Shown here: piece after piece, positions 27,502 through 37,790 of the stretch | How positions within the stretch are numbered: position 1 is the first letter of the stretch | Layout: each line of letters starts with the position of its first letter | From: Vicinamibacteria bacterium | Lineage (GTDB): Bacteria > Acidobacteriota > Vicinamibacteria > Marinacidobacterales > Marinacidobacteraceae | Length of the DNA: 64,000 nucleotides | Direction of reading: 5' to 3' | Assembly (NCBI GenBank): GCA_964291235.2 | Contig: OZ219815.1 | Location: 224,001 to 288,000, forward strand | The notes under the pieces: model-generated | The model's database searches: none | Seen by the model: only the letters and a program-made list of their open reading frames with translations | Told to the model about the DNA's origin: nothing | Made by a program: the position numbers and the translations under genes

Positions 27502-30033
27502 CTAGTCGGCGAGGACGCCGAGGGGTTTCCGCCGCAGGATGTCCACCGCGGCGAGGGCGCCGACTGCGGCAGCGCCGAGCGCGGGGAAAACGATCGCGAA
27601 CAACAGCAGGGCCGGGTCCGCCTCGAAGGGGAGCTGCATGATCTGCCGCACCACGAACCAGGCCGTCGCCGAGGCTCCCACCGCGGCGGCGGCCCCGGCG
27701 ACCGCACCGATGACGCTGTGCTCCAGCAGCGTGATCGCTACCACCCGGTTGCGGCCCGCCCCGAAGACCCGGAGCACCGCGGTCTCCCGGCGGCGAGCCC
27801 CGATGTGGACCGCCACGGTGCCGATCAGGATCAGCAGGCCGCCGACCAGCGCGATCAGACCCACGATGCGGATCGCGAGCGCGACGCTGTCCGCCACCTG
27901 TTGCATGGTGTCCAGCACGTCGCGGAGATCCACCACCGACACGTTGGGGAACTCACCGACCACGGCTCCCTGGAAGCGGGCCCGCTCCACCACGTCGTCC
28001 GGGCCGCGGACGAAGCCCGCGTAGGACATCGGGAAGTCCGCCACGCTGTCCGGATGGAAGAGGAACGTGAAACCGCCGTTCCGCGCGTTGCGCCACTCCA
28101 CGTCGCGGATCGACGTCACCCGGGCGTCCAGCGTCTCGCCCATGATCTCGAAGCGCATCGTGTCCCCGAGCTGAACGCCGCGGTCCTCCTGCACCCAGTT
28201 CTCGATGGAAACCTCGGCGCCGTCCGCCGGACGATCGCCCCAGAACTCGCCCTCGGTCACGACTTCGTTGTCTTCGAGCCAGTCGCGCGAGCTCACGGTG
28301 TACTCCCGCGACAGCCCGCCGGCGCGCCGCACCGCCGCCCGGTCCTCGAGGTGCACGTCGCGGCCGAAGATCCCGTGAATCCGTGTCTGGAGCACCGGAA
28401 TCAGGTTGATGTCGGGAATGCCCCGCGCGGCCGCGTTCCGCCGCACCCCCTCGACCTGATCCGCCTGGATGTCCAGGAAGAACAGATCCGGGTCGTCGCT
28501 GCTCTCCTGGAAGCTGAACTCCCGTTGCACGTTCCGCTCGATACCCACGGTCGCGAGCACCAGGAACACCCCTACCCCGAGCGCGACGAGCACCACCCGG
28601 ATCTGGCGCGCGCCCCGCAGCACGGTCCGCACCGCGTGGCGCACCGCGAAGGTGCGGGCGGCGGCGAGCGGCGCGAGGGCGCGCAGGATCAACCCGCCGA
28701 GGACCCAGAGGAGGACCGCCACCAACAGGAATCCGCCGGTCACCGCGAGCGTGATCCGCAAGGATCCCGACTGCCAGCCGGCGAACCCGAAGAAGGACAG
28801 GATGGCGCCGGCGGCGACCGCCACCTCGAGCCGGCGAGCGCCCGGCGTGCCCCGCTCGTCCAGCATGTCCCCGCTCCGGAGCAGGCCGAGCGGACGGACG
28901 CGACGGAGCGGCAACAGCGGGAAGACGGCCGAGAGCAGCGACACGAGCCCCCCGGTGAGCGCCCCCTGGAGCGCCGCCGCCGGGGTGAGGCGCGCCGCGA
29001 CCTGCAGGCCGCCCACCTCCACCTCGGGGATGAAGATCCCGAGCGCCAGCGCTCCCACGGCGATTCCGAAAGCGCTCGCGAGGCCCGCGAGCACCGCCAT
29101 CTGCAGCAGGGCGATCCCCAAAATGGTGCGGGACGGCACCCCGAGGCAGCGTTCGATGGCGGCCGACGGAAGACTCTGGCGGGTGAAGGCCCGCGCCACG
29201 CTGAAGACGCCGATGCCGCCGAGCAGCAGGATCACGAACCCGGCGAGGCTCAGGTAGTCCTCGCCGCGGCGAATGCGGCGGGCGATGCGGTCTCCCGTCT
29301 GCCGGTAGGTCCGCACCCGGACCGGCTGGTCCTCGAGCGCCGCCCGCAGTCCCGCGGCGAGCCCGGGGACCGCCTCGTCGCTGCTCACCGCGAACAGGAC
29401 CTCCCAGCGGGCTCGCTCCGGCACGTCGAGCAGGCCGGTCTCCTCAAGGTCGGACAGCGCCACCAGCACCCGCGGGCCGCGCCGGAAGAAGTCGATCCCC
29501 GCCCCCGGCTCCTTGAGCAGGTCCCCGCGCACCTCGAAGAGCTCTCCGCCCAGGACGATCGGGTCCCCGATCTCGAGGCCCAGCCGGACCCGGATCTCGG
29601 GCCGGACCAGCGCGCCGCGCCCGGAAAGCAGTTCGGGCCCGAAACGTTCGCCCTCCACCTCCATCTCGCCGTAGAGCGGGAAAGCGCCGTCCACGCCCTT
29701 GAGTTCCACCATCGCGCCCCGGATCGGGTCGGCGGCCGAACGCGCGAGGGTCGCGATCTGCGCCGAGCGCGCCACCCCGGAGAGCGAGTGGCCGGAGGCG
29801 ACATCGTCGAAGATGACCTCGATCTCGTCGGTGAACCCCTCTCCGGTGGAAACGTTGACGTCGGCGGCCAGCAGGAAACGGGACTCGCTGGTCAGCGCCG
29901 ACTGGAGGCTGTCGGCCGCCGAACGGAGCACCACGATGGCCGCGACGCCGATGCCGACGGCGACGAAGAAGAGCGAGAGCCGGCGGGCCGAGGAGCGAAG
30001 CTCCCGGAACGCCATCCGGATCGCGAACCGCAC
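27502..30033 (-). CDS. FtsX-like ABC transporter permease (YbbP-like)
   Basis: Duplicated FtsX topology, LKGVDGAFPLYG, FFLDIQ; next to the ATPase and arylesterase. Confidence 0.9.
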   Translation of the reverse strand: MRFAIRMAFRELRSSARRLSLFFVAVGIGVAAIVVLRSAADSLQSALTSESRFLLAADVNVSTGEGFTDEIEVIFDDVASGHSLSGVARSAQIATLARSAADPIRGAMVELKGVDGAFPLYGEMEVEGERFGPELLSGRGALVRPEIRVRLGLEIGDPIVLGGELFEVRGDLLKEPGAGIDFFRRGPRVLVALSDLEETGLLDVPERARWEVLFAVSSDEAVPGLAAGLRAALEDQPVRVRTYRQTGDRIARRIRRGEDYLSLAGFVILLLGGIGVFSVARAFTRQSLPSAAIERCLGVPSRTILGIALLQMAVLAGLASAFGIAVGALALGIFIPEVEVGGLQVAARLTPAAALQGALTGGLVSLLSAVFPLLPLRRVRPLGLLRSGDMLDERGTPGARRLEVAVAAGAILSFFGFAGWQSGSLRITLAVTGGFLLVAVLLWVLGGLILRALAPLAAARTFAVRHAVRTVLRGARQIRVVLVALGVGVFLVLATVGIERNVQREFSFQESSDDPDLFFLDIQADQVEGVRRNAAARGIPDINLIPVLQTRIHGIFGRDVHLEDRAAVRRAGGLSREYTVSSRDWLEDNEVVTEGEFWGDRPADGAEVSIENWVQEDRGVQLGDTMRFEIMGETLDARVTSIRDVEWRNARNGGFTFLFHPDSVADFPMSYAGFVRGPDDVVERARFQGAVVGEFPNVSVVDLRDVLDTMQQVADSVALAIRIVGLIALVGGLLILIGTVAVHIGARRRETAVLRVFGAGRNRVVAITLLEHSVIGAVAGAAAAVGASATAWFVVRQIMQLPFEADPALLLFAIVFPALGAAAVGALAAVDILRRKPLGVLAD

Positions 30034-30051
30034 TTGAATCGTTCCGGGCGG

Positions 30052-30753
30052 CTATACGGCAGCGAGCTCCGGCTCGAGGACGGGCGCGTCTTCGTGCAAC
30101 CGGCCGCTGCGGAGCAGCAGCCGGCGGTCGGCGCGGGAGGCGAGTTCGGGGTCATGGGTGGCGACCAGCACGGTGGCGCCGGTCCGGTCGCGCACCCCCA
30201 CGAGCAGTTCCGCGATCCGGGCGCCGGTCTCCTCGTCGAGATTGCCGGTGGGCTCGTCGGCGAACACCACCCGCGGCTCGTTGGAGATCGCCCGGGCGAT
30301 CGCCACCCGTTGCTGCTCGCCGCCGGACATCTGGGAGGGAAGATGATGCCCGCGCTCGCCGATCCCGAAGGACTCCAGCAGCTCACGGGCCCGCGGGACC
30401 GCATCGGGCGCCCCCGCGATCTCGAGCGGCACCGCCACGTTCTCAAGCGCGGTCAGGTTGGGCAGCAGGTGGAACGACTGGAAGACGAACCCGATGTTCT
30501 CGGAGCGGAACTGGGCCAGGCGCTCCTCGTCGAGTCCCGTGATGTCGGTGCCGGCGACCTCCACGGTGCCGACGGTCGGCCGATCGAGCCCCGCGAGCAG
30601 GCCGAAGAGCGTGGATTTTCCGCTCCCCGAAGGTCCGCGGACGCAGACGATCTCTCCCGCCGGAACTTCGAGTTCGAGTCCGCTCAGGATCGTCAGATCG
30701 CGGTCACCGCTCCGGACCGTCTTCTCGAGCCCGGTCGCGTGGATCATCGGCAC
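30052..30753 (-). CDS. ABC transporter ATP-binding protein (YbbA-like)
   Basis: [31 protein letters not shown]. Confidence 0.95.
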   Translation of the reverse strand: MPMIHATGLEKTVRSGDRDLTILSGLELEVPAGEIVCVRGPSGSGKSTLFGLLAGLDRPTVGTVEVAGTDITGLDEERLAQFRSENIGFVFQSFHLLPNLTALENVAVPLEIAGAPDAVPRARELLESFGIGERGHHLPSQMSGGEQQRVAIARAISNEPRVVFADEPTGNLDEETGARIAELLVGVRDRTGATVLVATHDPELASRADRRLLLRSGRLHEDAPVLEPELAAV

Positions 30754-30788
30754 GGCTCGTCGGGTTCCTTTCGCTTCGTGGGCGGCGG

Positions 30789-31547
30789 CTAGCGCGGTTC
30801 GCCTGCTGAGGAAACGCCGGCCGCCCCGGGAGGTTCCCTGAGGAGGGGTTTCACGGCCGCGAAGGCGTTTTCCGCCAACCGGAGCGCCCCCTCGGCAGTC
30901 GGGTGAATCCCGTCCCGCTGGTTCAGCTCGGCCACGCCCGCTACCCCTTCGAGCAGGCTCGGCAGCAGGGGGACCCCGGTCTCGCCGGCGACTTCCCGGA
31001 AGGTGTCCCGGAAACCGTCTTCGTAGTCCTGCCCCAGCTCGGGGGGCGCCGGAACGCCCGCCAGCAGCACCTTGAGGCCGCGCCCCTCGGCCTCCCGGAT
31101 CATCTCCCCGAGGTTGTCCATCATCACGTCCACGGGGACGCCCCGGAGGCCGTCGTTACCGCCGAGCGCGATGACCACCACTTCCGCGGCGGGATTGCGG
31201 TCAAGCACCCAGGGAAGCCGGCGCAGCCCGCCCGAGGTGGTCTCCCCCGACACCCCGGAGTTCACGACCCGGTACGGGAACCCCTCGGCATCGAGGCGTT
31301 CCTGGAGGCGGGCCGGCCAGGCCTCGTCAACTTCGATCCCGTAGCCGGCGGTGAGGCTGTCCCCGAAGGCGATGAGCGCGGGTCGGGGGTCCTCCTCCGC
31401 GGGCGCGGGAGGCGGGGCGGCGGTCTCACGGGGCTCGGAGAGGCGCTCGGCCACCTCCGGGTCGGCGCAGGCCGCGAGCCCGGCGGCGACCATCACGGCA
31501 AGCAGCCGAAGCGTGGGCGCGGGGAACGGCGGAACGCGACGGAGCAT
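30789..31547 (-). CDS. arylesterase / GDSL hydrolase (TesA-like) lipoprotein
   Basis: FGDSLTAGY, GVSGETT, GGNDGLRG, DGIHP; start approximate. Confidence 0.92.
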   Translation of the reverse strand: MLRRVPPFPAPTLRLLAVMVAAGLAACADPEVAERLSEPRETAAPPPAPAEEDPRPALIAFGDSLTAGYGIEVDEAWPARLQERLDAEGFPYRVVNSGVSGETTSGGLRRLPWVLDRNPAAEVVVIALGGNDGLRGVPVDVMMDNLGEMIREAEGRGLKVLLAGVPAPPELGQDYEDGFRDTFREVAGETGVPLLPSLLEGVAGVAELNQRDGIHPTAEGALRLAENAFAAVKPLLREPPGAAGVSSAGEPR

Positions 31548-31666
31548 CGGCGGGGAAACGGGCAGCCGCGGGCGCGGGCGCGGGGCACGGCGGGCGGCGT
31601 GCCGGAACGCGCCGGGGGTGCCCCAGGCGGGGACGAAGGATAGCGCCCATAGAATCCAAGCCGACC

Positions 31667-32119
31667 GTGGCCGCACAAGACCGGAAACTCCCCCGGACCA
31701 TCGTGTTTCTCTGCGTCGCCAACTCGGCGCGCAGCCAGCTCGCGGAGGCGCTCGCCCGGCGGATCGCGCCCCCGGGGGCGATCGTGCTGAGCGCCGGATC
31801 GAACCCCTGGCAAGTCCACCCGATGGCGGTGCGCGTCCTGGACGAGGTCGGGATCGATATCAGCGGCGCCCGCTCGAAGGGGATGGACGAAATCCACATC
31901 GAACGCGCCGACCTGGTGGTCACGCTCTGCGCCGACGAGGTGTGCCCGGTGGTGCCCGCCGCGGTGCGGCGGCTCCACTGGCCGCTCGAGGACCCGGCCG
32001 AGGCGTGGGGCGAGGAGGAGATGCTCCTCCGGTTCCGGGAAACCCGGGACCTGCTACGGGAGAAGCTCGGGGAACTCTTCGGGGTTTCGGCCGTGATCGG
32101 TCCGGCGCGGACCGTCTGA
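31667..32119 (+). CDS. arsC: arsenate reductase (LMW-PTP fold)
   Basis: FLCVANSARSQ, TLCADEVCP, HWPLEDP. Confidence 0.88.
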   Translation: MAAQDRKLPRTIVFLCVANSARSQLAEALARRIAPPGAIVLSAGSNPWQVHPMAVRVLDEVGIDISGARSKGMDEIHIERADLVVTLCADEVCPVVPAAVRRLHWPLEDPAEAWGEEEMLLRFRETRDLLREKLGELFGVSAVIGPARTV

Positions 32120-32207
32120 GGGACCGCCGAAAAACCGGCGGCGGCGGCCCCGGTGCGGCGGCGTTGTCGGCCGCTCGAGATCCGGCCGACAACGCCTGAC
32201 CCGAGGG

Positions 32208-32222
32208 TGGCACGGTCCTTGC
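32208..32222 (+). promoter_or_regulatory. sigma54 (-24/-12) promoter
   Basis: TGGCACGGTCCTTGC matches TGGCAC-N5-TTGC, about 70 bp upstream of the BON gene. Confidence 0.7.
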
Positions 32223-32291
32223 GTTTTTCCAAGCACATCGCGTGCCGCGAATCTCCGCAAGGTGCGCGACTCACCACAAGGAGAGATCAAC

Positions 32292-32873
32292 ATGACTACC
32301 CTGATCCGTCGGCACCGCATCGTCCGGCCGCTCATGGCGCTCGCTGTCGTGGCGCTGACCGTCTCCTCGGCGGCGGCACGCGACGAGGCGACGAACGACC
32401 TGTTCGAACAGATTCAGCGGCAGGTGCTCCGCTACTCGCGTTACACGGTGTTCGACGACATCAACGTCGGGATCTCCGGCGACGGTAACGTCGTGCTCAC
32501 CGGGCACGTGACCTGGGGGTACAAGGCGAAGGAAATCGAGAAACGCGTCGCCGGCCTGGAGGGCGTGACGGCGGTGACCAACGAAATCGTGGTCCTGCCG
32601 GTGTCGCAGTTCGACACCGAGTTGCGCTACCGGGTCGCCCGCGCGATCTACTCGAACCCCACGTTCTGGCGCTACGGCTCGCGCGTGAATCCACCGATCC
32701 ACATCGTCGTGGACCGGGGACGCGTGAGGCTCACCGGCGTGGTCGCCACGGAAACGGAGCGGCGTCTGGCGCGGGCGCTCGCGAACCAGTTCGACGCCTT
32801 CTCCGTGACCAACGAGATCCGGCTGCCGCAGGAGGTGGCGGACGAGCGCGAGCGCGCGGCAGAAGTCGGGTAA
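32292..32873 (+). CDS. dual BON domain protein, secreted
   Basis: AAGGAGAG RBS, signal peptide, two BON repeats (VVLTGHV..VTNEI; VRLTGVV..VTNEI). Confidence 0.88.
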   Translation: MTTLIRRHRIVRPLMALAVVALTVSSAAARDEATNDLFEQIQRQVLRYSRYTVFDDINVGISGDGNVVLTGHVTWGYKAKEIEKRVAGLEGVTAVTNEIVVLPVSQFDTELRYRVARAIYSNPTFWRYGSRVNPPIHIVVDRGRVRLTGVVATETERRLARALANQFDAFSVTNEIRLPQEVADERERAAEVG

Positions 32874-32891
32874 CCCCGCGCGGCGCATTCG

Positions 32892-32925
32892 GCCCCGTCC
32901 CGGTGTTCCGGGGCGGGGCTTTTTT
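32892..32925 (+). terminator. intrinsic terminator
   Basis: GCCCCGTCCCGG-TGTT-CCGGGGCGGGGC followed by T6. Confidence 0.85.
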
Positions 32926-32965
32926 CGTCCGTTCGCGCGCGGACGGCGCCGGCCGGCCCGGCGGC

Positions 32966-34615
32966 TCAGGCCCGCCGGCGCGCCAGGTCGGCGAGGGTGA
33001 TCTCCCGCGCCGCCTCCAGCGAGACGACCTCGAGACCCACCTCCGCGCCGGGCAACGCCTGGGCGAGGCGGGCGAGGTCGGGCGCGACCACGTTGCCGAT
33101 CTTGGGGTAACCGCCGGTGATGCCCTGGTCGGCGCCCATGACGATGGGATGGCCGCCCGGGGGCACCTGGATCGTCCCGTGCGGGTTCGCGTCCGAGACG
33201 ATCTCCTTCATCCCCTCGCGATGCGCGAGGAGGGGGCCGTCGAGCCGGACTCCCATCCGGTTCGAGTCGTTCGAGACCGTGAACCGCAGCTCGGGCAGCG
33301 TCTCCAGGCACTCGTCGGTAAAGGCGAACTCCTGGGGGCCGAGGCTGATCCGCAGGCGCAAGGGCCCCGGTTCGGCCGGCCGGCGGGCCTCGGGCTCAAA
33401 CCGGTTCTCGCGGGCTCCGGCAGGGGTGGAACCGAGGTGGAGCCGGTCGCCGGAACGAAGCGCCCGGCCCTCGAAGCCCCCGAGCGCCGCGGTCAGGTAG
33501 GTCGCCCGGGAGCCGAGCACCGCGGGCACGTCGATCCCGCCGGCGAACGCGAGGTAGGTCCGCATCCCGTCCGGGGGACCGGCGAAGCGGAGGACGCTCC
33601 CCGCCGGGGCCACGAACGAGGTCCCCGCCGGCACCGGCCAGCGGCCGCCGCCCGGCAGGTGCAGGACCCCGCGGTGATTCGCGCCGCCAAGCGCGGCGAG
33701 CACCGGTTGCAGAAAACGGAGCACCGGGCCCATGAGCGTGCATTCGAGTCCGGCGGCGCCGTCCGGGTTGCCGACCGCCCGGTTGGCGAATATCAAGGAG
33801 GCCGGGTCGGCGGCTCCCGACCAGGGGACGCCGTAGCGCTGGTATCCGGGACGGCCGAGGTCCTGGACGGTGGTCAGCAGCCCGCCCCGTTCCACCTCGA
33901 TCGCGGGGGGGCCGCTGGGCGGCGGAGGCGCGGGGGTGCTTGCCACGGACCGTTCCGGCAGCTCCCTGACCGGCTTGAACCGGACCTGATCGCCCGGCAC
34001 GCAGCCGCTCGGCGGGCTCTTGCCCGGATCGAAGAGGAGCGCCGGATCCATCCGCCCGAGGAGATGCCAGCCTCCGGGCGTCACCCAGGGATAGATGCCG
34101 GTCTGGGCGCGCGCCATGGCGACCGCGCCGGCCGGGACGCGCACGCGGGGCACGGAGCGCCGCGGGATGTCGAGGCGCGCGTCGGCCATCCCGAGATACG
34201 GGAAACCCGGGGTGAACCCGATGATGTAAACCCGGTAGTCGCGGCCGGAGTGGATCCGGATCAACTCCTCGACGGAGACCCCGACGGCGGCCGCCACCTC
34301 GGGTAGGTCCTCGCCGTCATAGACACAGGGAAACTCGATGTGGCGGGGCGGGGCCGGGGCCTCCCCGCCGGCGCGGCGGGCGAGGTCGAGCGCGTGGGCG
34401 CGGATGGCTTCCGGGTCCGCCTTCGGGTCGTGGAAGACGAGCACCGAGCGGAAGGTGGGGATCGCCTCCCGGAAGCCGTCGAACGGCTCCCGCTCGAGCA
34501 GCGCGGCGAGCGCGGTGGCGCGCGCATTCAGTTCGACGGAAATCTCGTTCCCGAACTCGACGGAGAAGGCGGACTCGCCCGCGTTGCGGAGACGCGGGTC
34601 CCGGTTGCCGGTCAA
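32966..34615 (-). CDS. pxpBC: 5-oxoprolinase PxpB-PxpC fusion
   Basis: GFTPGFPYLG, TPGGWHLLG, TTVQDLGRPG, SNRMGVRL, TGGYPKI. Confidence 0.92.
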   Translation of the reverse strand: MTGNRDPRLRNAGESAFSVEFGNEISVELNARATALAALLEREPFDGFREAIPTFRSVLVFHDPKADPEAIRAHALDLARRAGGEAPAPPRHIEFPCVYDGEDLPEVAAAVGVSVEELIRIHSGRDYRVYIIGFTPGFPYLGMADARLDIPRRSVPRVRVPAGAVAMARAQTGIYPWVTPGGWHLLGRMDPALLFDPGKSPPSGCVPGDQVRFKPVRELPERSVASTPAPPPPSGPPAIEVERGGLLTTVQDLGRPGYQRYGVPWSGAADPASLIFANRAVGNPDGAAGLECTLMGPVLRFLQPVLAALGGANHRGVLHLPGGGRWPVPAGTSFVAPAGSVLRFAGPPDGMRTYLAFAGGIDVPAVLGSRATYLTAALGGFEGRALRSGDRLHLGSTPAGARENRFEPEARRPAEPGPLRLRISLGPQEFAFTDECLETLPELRFTVSNDSNRMGVRLDGPLLAHREGMKEIVSDANPHGTIQVPPGGHPIVMGADQGITGGYPKIGNVVAPDLARLAQALPGAEVGLEVVSLEAAREITLADLARRRA

Positions 34616-34652
34616 CGGGGCCGACTGCGAGGAATCGCCAGGCCAGCGCTCG

Positions 34653-35408
34653 TCAGGCCAGGGCGCGGACGGCGACGCCGGCCGCTTCGAGCCGGCGCCG
34701 GACGGTCCGGGCGTTATCGAGAGCCGCCGGGTTGTCGCCGTGGAGGCAGAGCGTCTCGGCGGCGACCGGGACCTCGGTGCCGTCGTGGGCGATCACCGTC
34801 CCCTGGGCGATCGCGACCGCCTGCGCCGCCGCCTTTTCGGGATCGTGGATGACCGAACCCGGGATCCGCCGCGACTGGAGCGTTCCGTCGGGGTTGTAAA
34901 CCCGGTCCGCGAACGCCTCCCCGGCGAAGCGGAGTCCGGCCGCCTCGGCGGCTTCCCGCATGTTCTTCGAGGTGGCGAGCCCCACGAAGACGAGTCCCTG
35001 GTCGGCGCGCGCCACCGCGCGCGCCAGCGCGGCGGAGAGCTTCGGATCGCCGACGGCCTGGTTGTAGAGCGCGCCGTGCGGCTTCACGTGGACCATCCGT
35101 CCGTTCCGGGAGCGCACGAAGGCGGCGAGGGCGCCGACCTGGTAGAGAACGTCGGCCTCGACCTCCTCCACCGGGGCCTGGATCGGCCGCCGGCCGAAAC
35201 CCCGGAGATCGTGGTGGCCGGGATGGGCGCCGACCGCAACGCCCTTTGCCATCGCGAGCCCCACGGTGCGGTCCATGATGACCGGATCCCCGGCGTGGAA
35301 ACCGCAGGCGACGTTCGCCGAGGTGACGATCTCGAGGATCTCCTCGTCGCATCCAAGGTCGTAGTTGCCGAAGCTTTCGCCCATGTCACAGTTGAGATCG
35401 ATGCGCAT
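34653..35408 (-). CDS. pxpA: 5-oxoprolinase subunit A (LamB/YcsF)
   Basis: DLNCDMGESFG, ACGFHAGDP, HVKPHGALYN, CLHGD. Confidence 0.95.
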   Translation of the reverse strand: MRIDLNCDMGESFGNYDLGCDEEILEIVTSANVACGFHAGDPVIMDRTVGLAMAKGVAVGAHPGHHDLRGFGRRPIQAPVEEVEADVLYQVGALAAFVRSRNGRMVHVKPHGALYNQAVGDPKLSAALARAVARADQGLVFVGLATSKNMREAAEAAGLRFAGEAFADRVYNPDGTLQSRRIPGSVIHDPEKAAAQAVAIAQGTVIAHDGTEVPVAAETLCLHGDNPAALDNARTVRRRLEAAGVAVRALA

Positions 35409-35587
35409 GTGTTGATTGTATGGAACGGCGCGAAAGCCCTTGAGACCGTAGGAGCGGCGGCCGCCGGCCGGCGTCGCCGCCCGCCGGGCCCCGAAACGGA
35501 TCAGCCCGATCCCCCCCACTCACACCATCCCCAACAAGAACGACTCAAACCCCCCAAATGCCGTACTACCCCGTTACAATCCGCGCC

Positions 35588-35674
35588 ATGGGTAAAGGTG
35601 ACCGGCGAACCAAACGCGGCAAGATCTTCCAGGGCACAACCGGGAAGCGGCGGCCGAAGCGGCGCAAAAAGTAA
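35588..35674 (+). CDS. thx: 30S ribosomal protein THX (bTHX), 28 aa, absent from the ORF track
   Basis: MGKGDRRTKRGKIFQGTTGKRRPKRRKK matches the GKGDxRTxRGKI..GT.GK.RP signature; TACAAT 7 nt upstream. Confidence 0.92.
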   Translation: MGKGDRRTKRGKIFQGTTGKRRPKRRKK

Positions 35675-35679
35675 GTAGC

Positions 35680-36591
35680 GTGCCCGCCTCGGGCGGTGTG
35701 GTCCGCTATCTGCGGGCCAAGGGCTCAGTTGATGCCCGGTCGATCAATCCGGAGGTTCGGGAAGCCTGTACGCAGGCCCTCGCCCTGTTCCCGGTGGACC
35801 GGCCGCTCCGGGTCGTCGAACTCGGAGGAGGCGCGGGGGGTGCGTTCCGCACCTGGATCTCACTCCTGGCGGGCTTCCGGCGCGTGGAGTTCACCGCCAC
35901 CGACCGGGAAGCCGGTGTGCTCGAGGCCTATCGGGAGGAAGCGGGGTCCTGGGCGGGCGACGAAGGATTTGGGCGGGTCGGCGATGACCCGGGCTCCCTC
36001 CGGTTCGAAGGCGACGGCCGCACCGTCACCCTGCGCCTCCGTGAGTGCGTGACGCCGGAGGGATTCGACGAGCAGGACGAAGCCTCCTTCGATCTCATGC
36101 TCGCCCAGTCCTTTTGGGATCTCGTCCCGCCGGGAACCGGCCTCGCTCTCGGACGTCGGCTGCTCGTCCCGGGCGGCATCTTCTACTCGACCCTCACCTT
36201 CAGCGGCGCGACGCGCTTCGCGCCGTCGCATGACCTCGACCGGCGGCTGCTGCAGTGCTACCACGCGAGCATGGGGGGAGAGCGCGGCGGAGATCCCTAC
36301 GCCGGGGAACGGCTCCTCGGCGCGGTGCGCATGCCCGACTCGGGTTTTTCGGAGCTGGCGTCGGGGCGCTCGGACTGGCGGGTCGTCCCGGTGGGCGAGG
36401 GGTATCCGGAGGACGAGGCGTTCTTCCTGTTGGCGGTGCTCGGCTTCGTGGAGAAGGAACTGCTCACCTCGGGCGAGATCCGCGAGGACGAACTGGACTG
36501 GTGGATGCGCGACCGGCGCCGGCAACTGAGGGACAGCCAGCTCTCCTACGCCGCCCGCCAGCAGGACCTGGTCGCGCGCCGGGACCGCTAG
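35680..36591 (+). CDS. class I SAM-dependent methyltransferase
   Basis: YLRAKGSVDARS, VELGGGAG motif I, LVPGGIFY. Confidence 0.8.
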   Translation: MPASGGVVRYLRAKGSVDARSINPEVREACTQALALFPVDRPLRVVELGGGAGGAFRTWISLLAGFRRVEFTATDREAGVLEAYREEAGSWAGDEGFGRVGDDPGSLRFEGDGRTVTLRLRECVTPEGFDEQDEASFDLMLAQSFWDLVPPGTGLALGRRLLVPGGIFYSTLTFSGATRFAPSHDLDRRLLQCYHASMGGERGGDPYAGERLLGAVRMPDSGFSELASGRSDWRVVPVGEGYPEDEAFFLLAVLGFVEKELLTSGEIREDELDWWMRDRRRQLRDSQLSYAARQQDLVARRDR

Positions 36592-36595
36592 CCGG

Positions 36596-37735
36596 TCAGC
36601 TGGCGGGCGGGCGAGCCGCGATCAGCCGGTCCACCTCGGTCTTCAGACGCGCCAGGATCTGGTCGTAGGGGTAGGCCCCGAGCGACTCCGGTCCCTTCTT
36701 CAGGTTCACGAACGCCGGTCCGCACCAGAGCCCGAGGTCGGCGTCGTCCGTCTCGCCGGGGCCGTTCACCCGGCAGCCCATCACCGCGATGGTGATCGCG
36801 TGGCGCTCCGCGTAGCGGGTCATCTCCCGGACGTCCTCGGCGAGCTCGATGAACTTCTCGTTCTCGACGCGCGAGCAGGACGGGCAGGAAATGATGTTCA
36901 GCTTGTCCTTCGGGAACTCCGGAACCGAGCGGAAGCGGCCATTCGCGATGTCGGTGAGGATCTGGTGGCCGGCCTGAACCTCCTCCGGTTTCCGGGGGTT
37001 CGGGAGGGTGAGCGAGACCCGGACGGTGTCGCCGATGCCGCGGCTGACGAGTTGTTCGAAGGCGATCCGCGTCTTGATGATGCCCTCGGGGGGCATCCCG
37101 GCCTCGGTGACCCCGAGGTGGAGGGGCACGTCGGGCCGCTCGTCGGCGAAGCGGCGGTTGCCCTCGATCACGTTCGCCGGGTCCGAATCCTTGAGGGAGA
37201 CCACGTAGCGGGTGAACCCCAGCCGGTCGAGCATCTCGCAGTGCTCGGCGGCGGACTGCACCATCGCACCGACCGGATCGTCGTGGAAGCGGTCCTGGTG
37301 CGCCGGGTCCATGGAGCCGCAGTTGACCCCGATGCGGATCGCGCAGTCGTGTTCTCCGGCGACGTCCGCGAGGTAGCGCACCTTGTCGGCTACCGGCCGG
37401 GTGGTCTCGTGGTGCCAGAGGTGGCCCGGGTTGTAGCGGATCTTGTCCACGTGGGGGGCGACGGTCTCGGCGAGCCGGTAGCTCTCCTGGAGATCCACCA
37501 CGAGGTTGGCGCCCGTGCGCTTCCGGATCTCGGCGAGCGCGTCCACGTCCTTCTGGCTGTCCACCGCGATCCGCACGATCCCGGCGCCGGCCTCGCGGAG
37601 CGCTTCGGCCTGGGCGGAGGTGGCCTCCACGTCCTGGGTGTGGGTGGCGCACATGCTCTGCACCACGATCGGGGCGCCGTCGCCGACGGCGACGCCGCCG
37701 ATGGCGACGCGCCGGGTGGGGTTCCGCTCCGTCAT
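36596..37735 (-). CDS. ispG: (E)-4-hydroxy-3-methylbut-2-enyl-diphosphate synthase
   Basis: [40 protein letters not shown]. Confidence 0.96.
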   Translation of the reverse strand: MTERNPTRRVAIGGVAVGDGAPIVVQSMCATHTQDVEATSAQAEALREAGAGIVRIAVDSQKDVDALAEIRKRTGANLVVDLQESYRLAETVAPHVDKIRYNPGHLWHHETTRPVADKVRYLADVAGEHDCAIRIGVNCGSMDPAHQDRFHDDPVGAMVQSAAEHCEMLDRLGFTRYVVSLKDSDPANVIEGNRRFADERPDVPLHLGVTEAGMPPEGIIKTRIAFEQLVSRGIGDTVRVSLTLPNPRKPEEVQAGHQILTDIANGRFRSVPEFPKDKLNIISCPSCSRVENEKFIELAEDVREMTRYAERHAITIAVMGCRVNGPGETDDADLGLWCGPAFVNLKKGPESLGAYPYDQILARLKTEVDRLIAARPPAS

Positions 37736-37790
37736 GGTCGGAATGTTAGGCGGGTGGGCGTAGGATTGCCGCCCTGAGGAGCCCGCGCCC

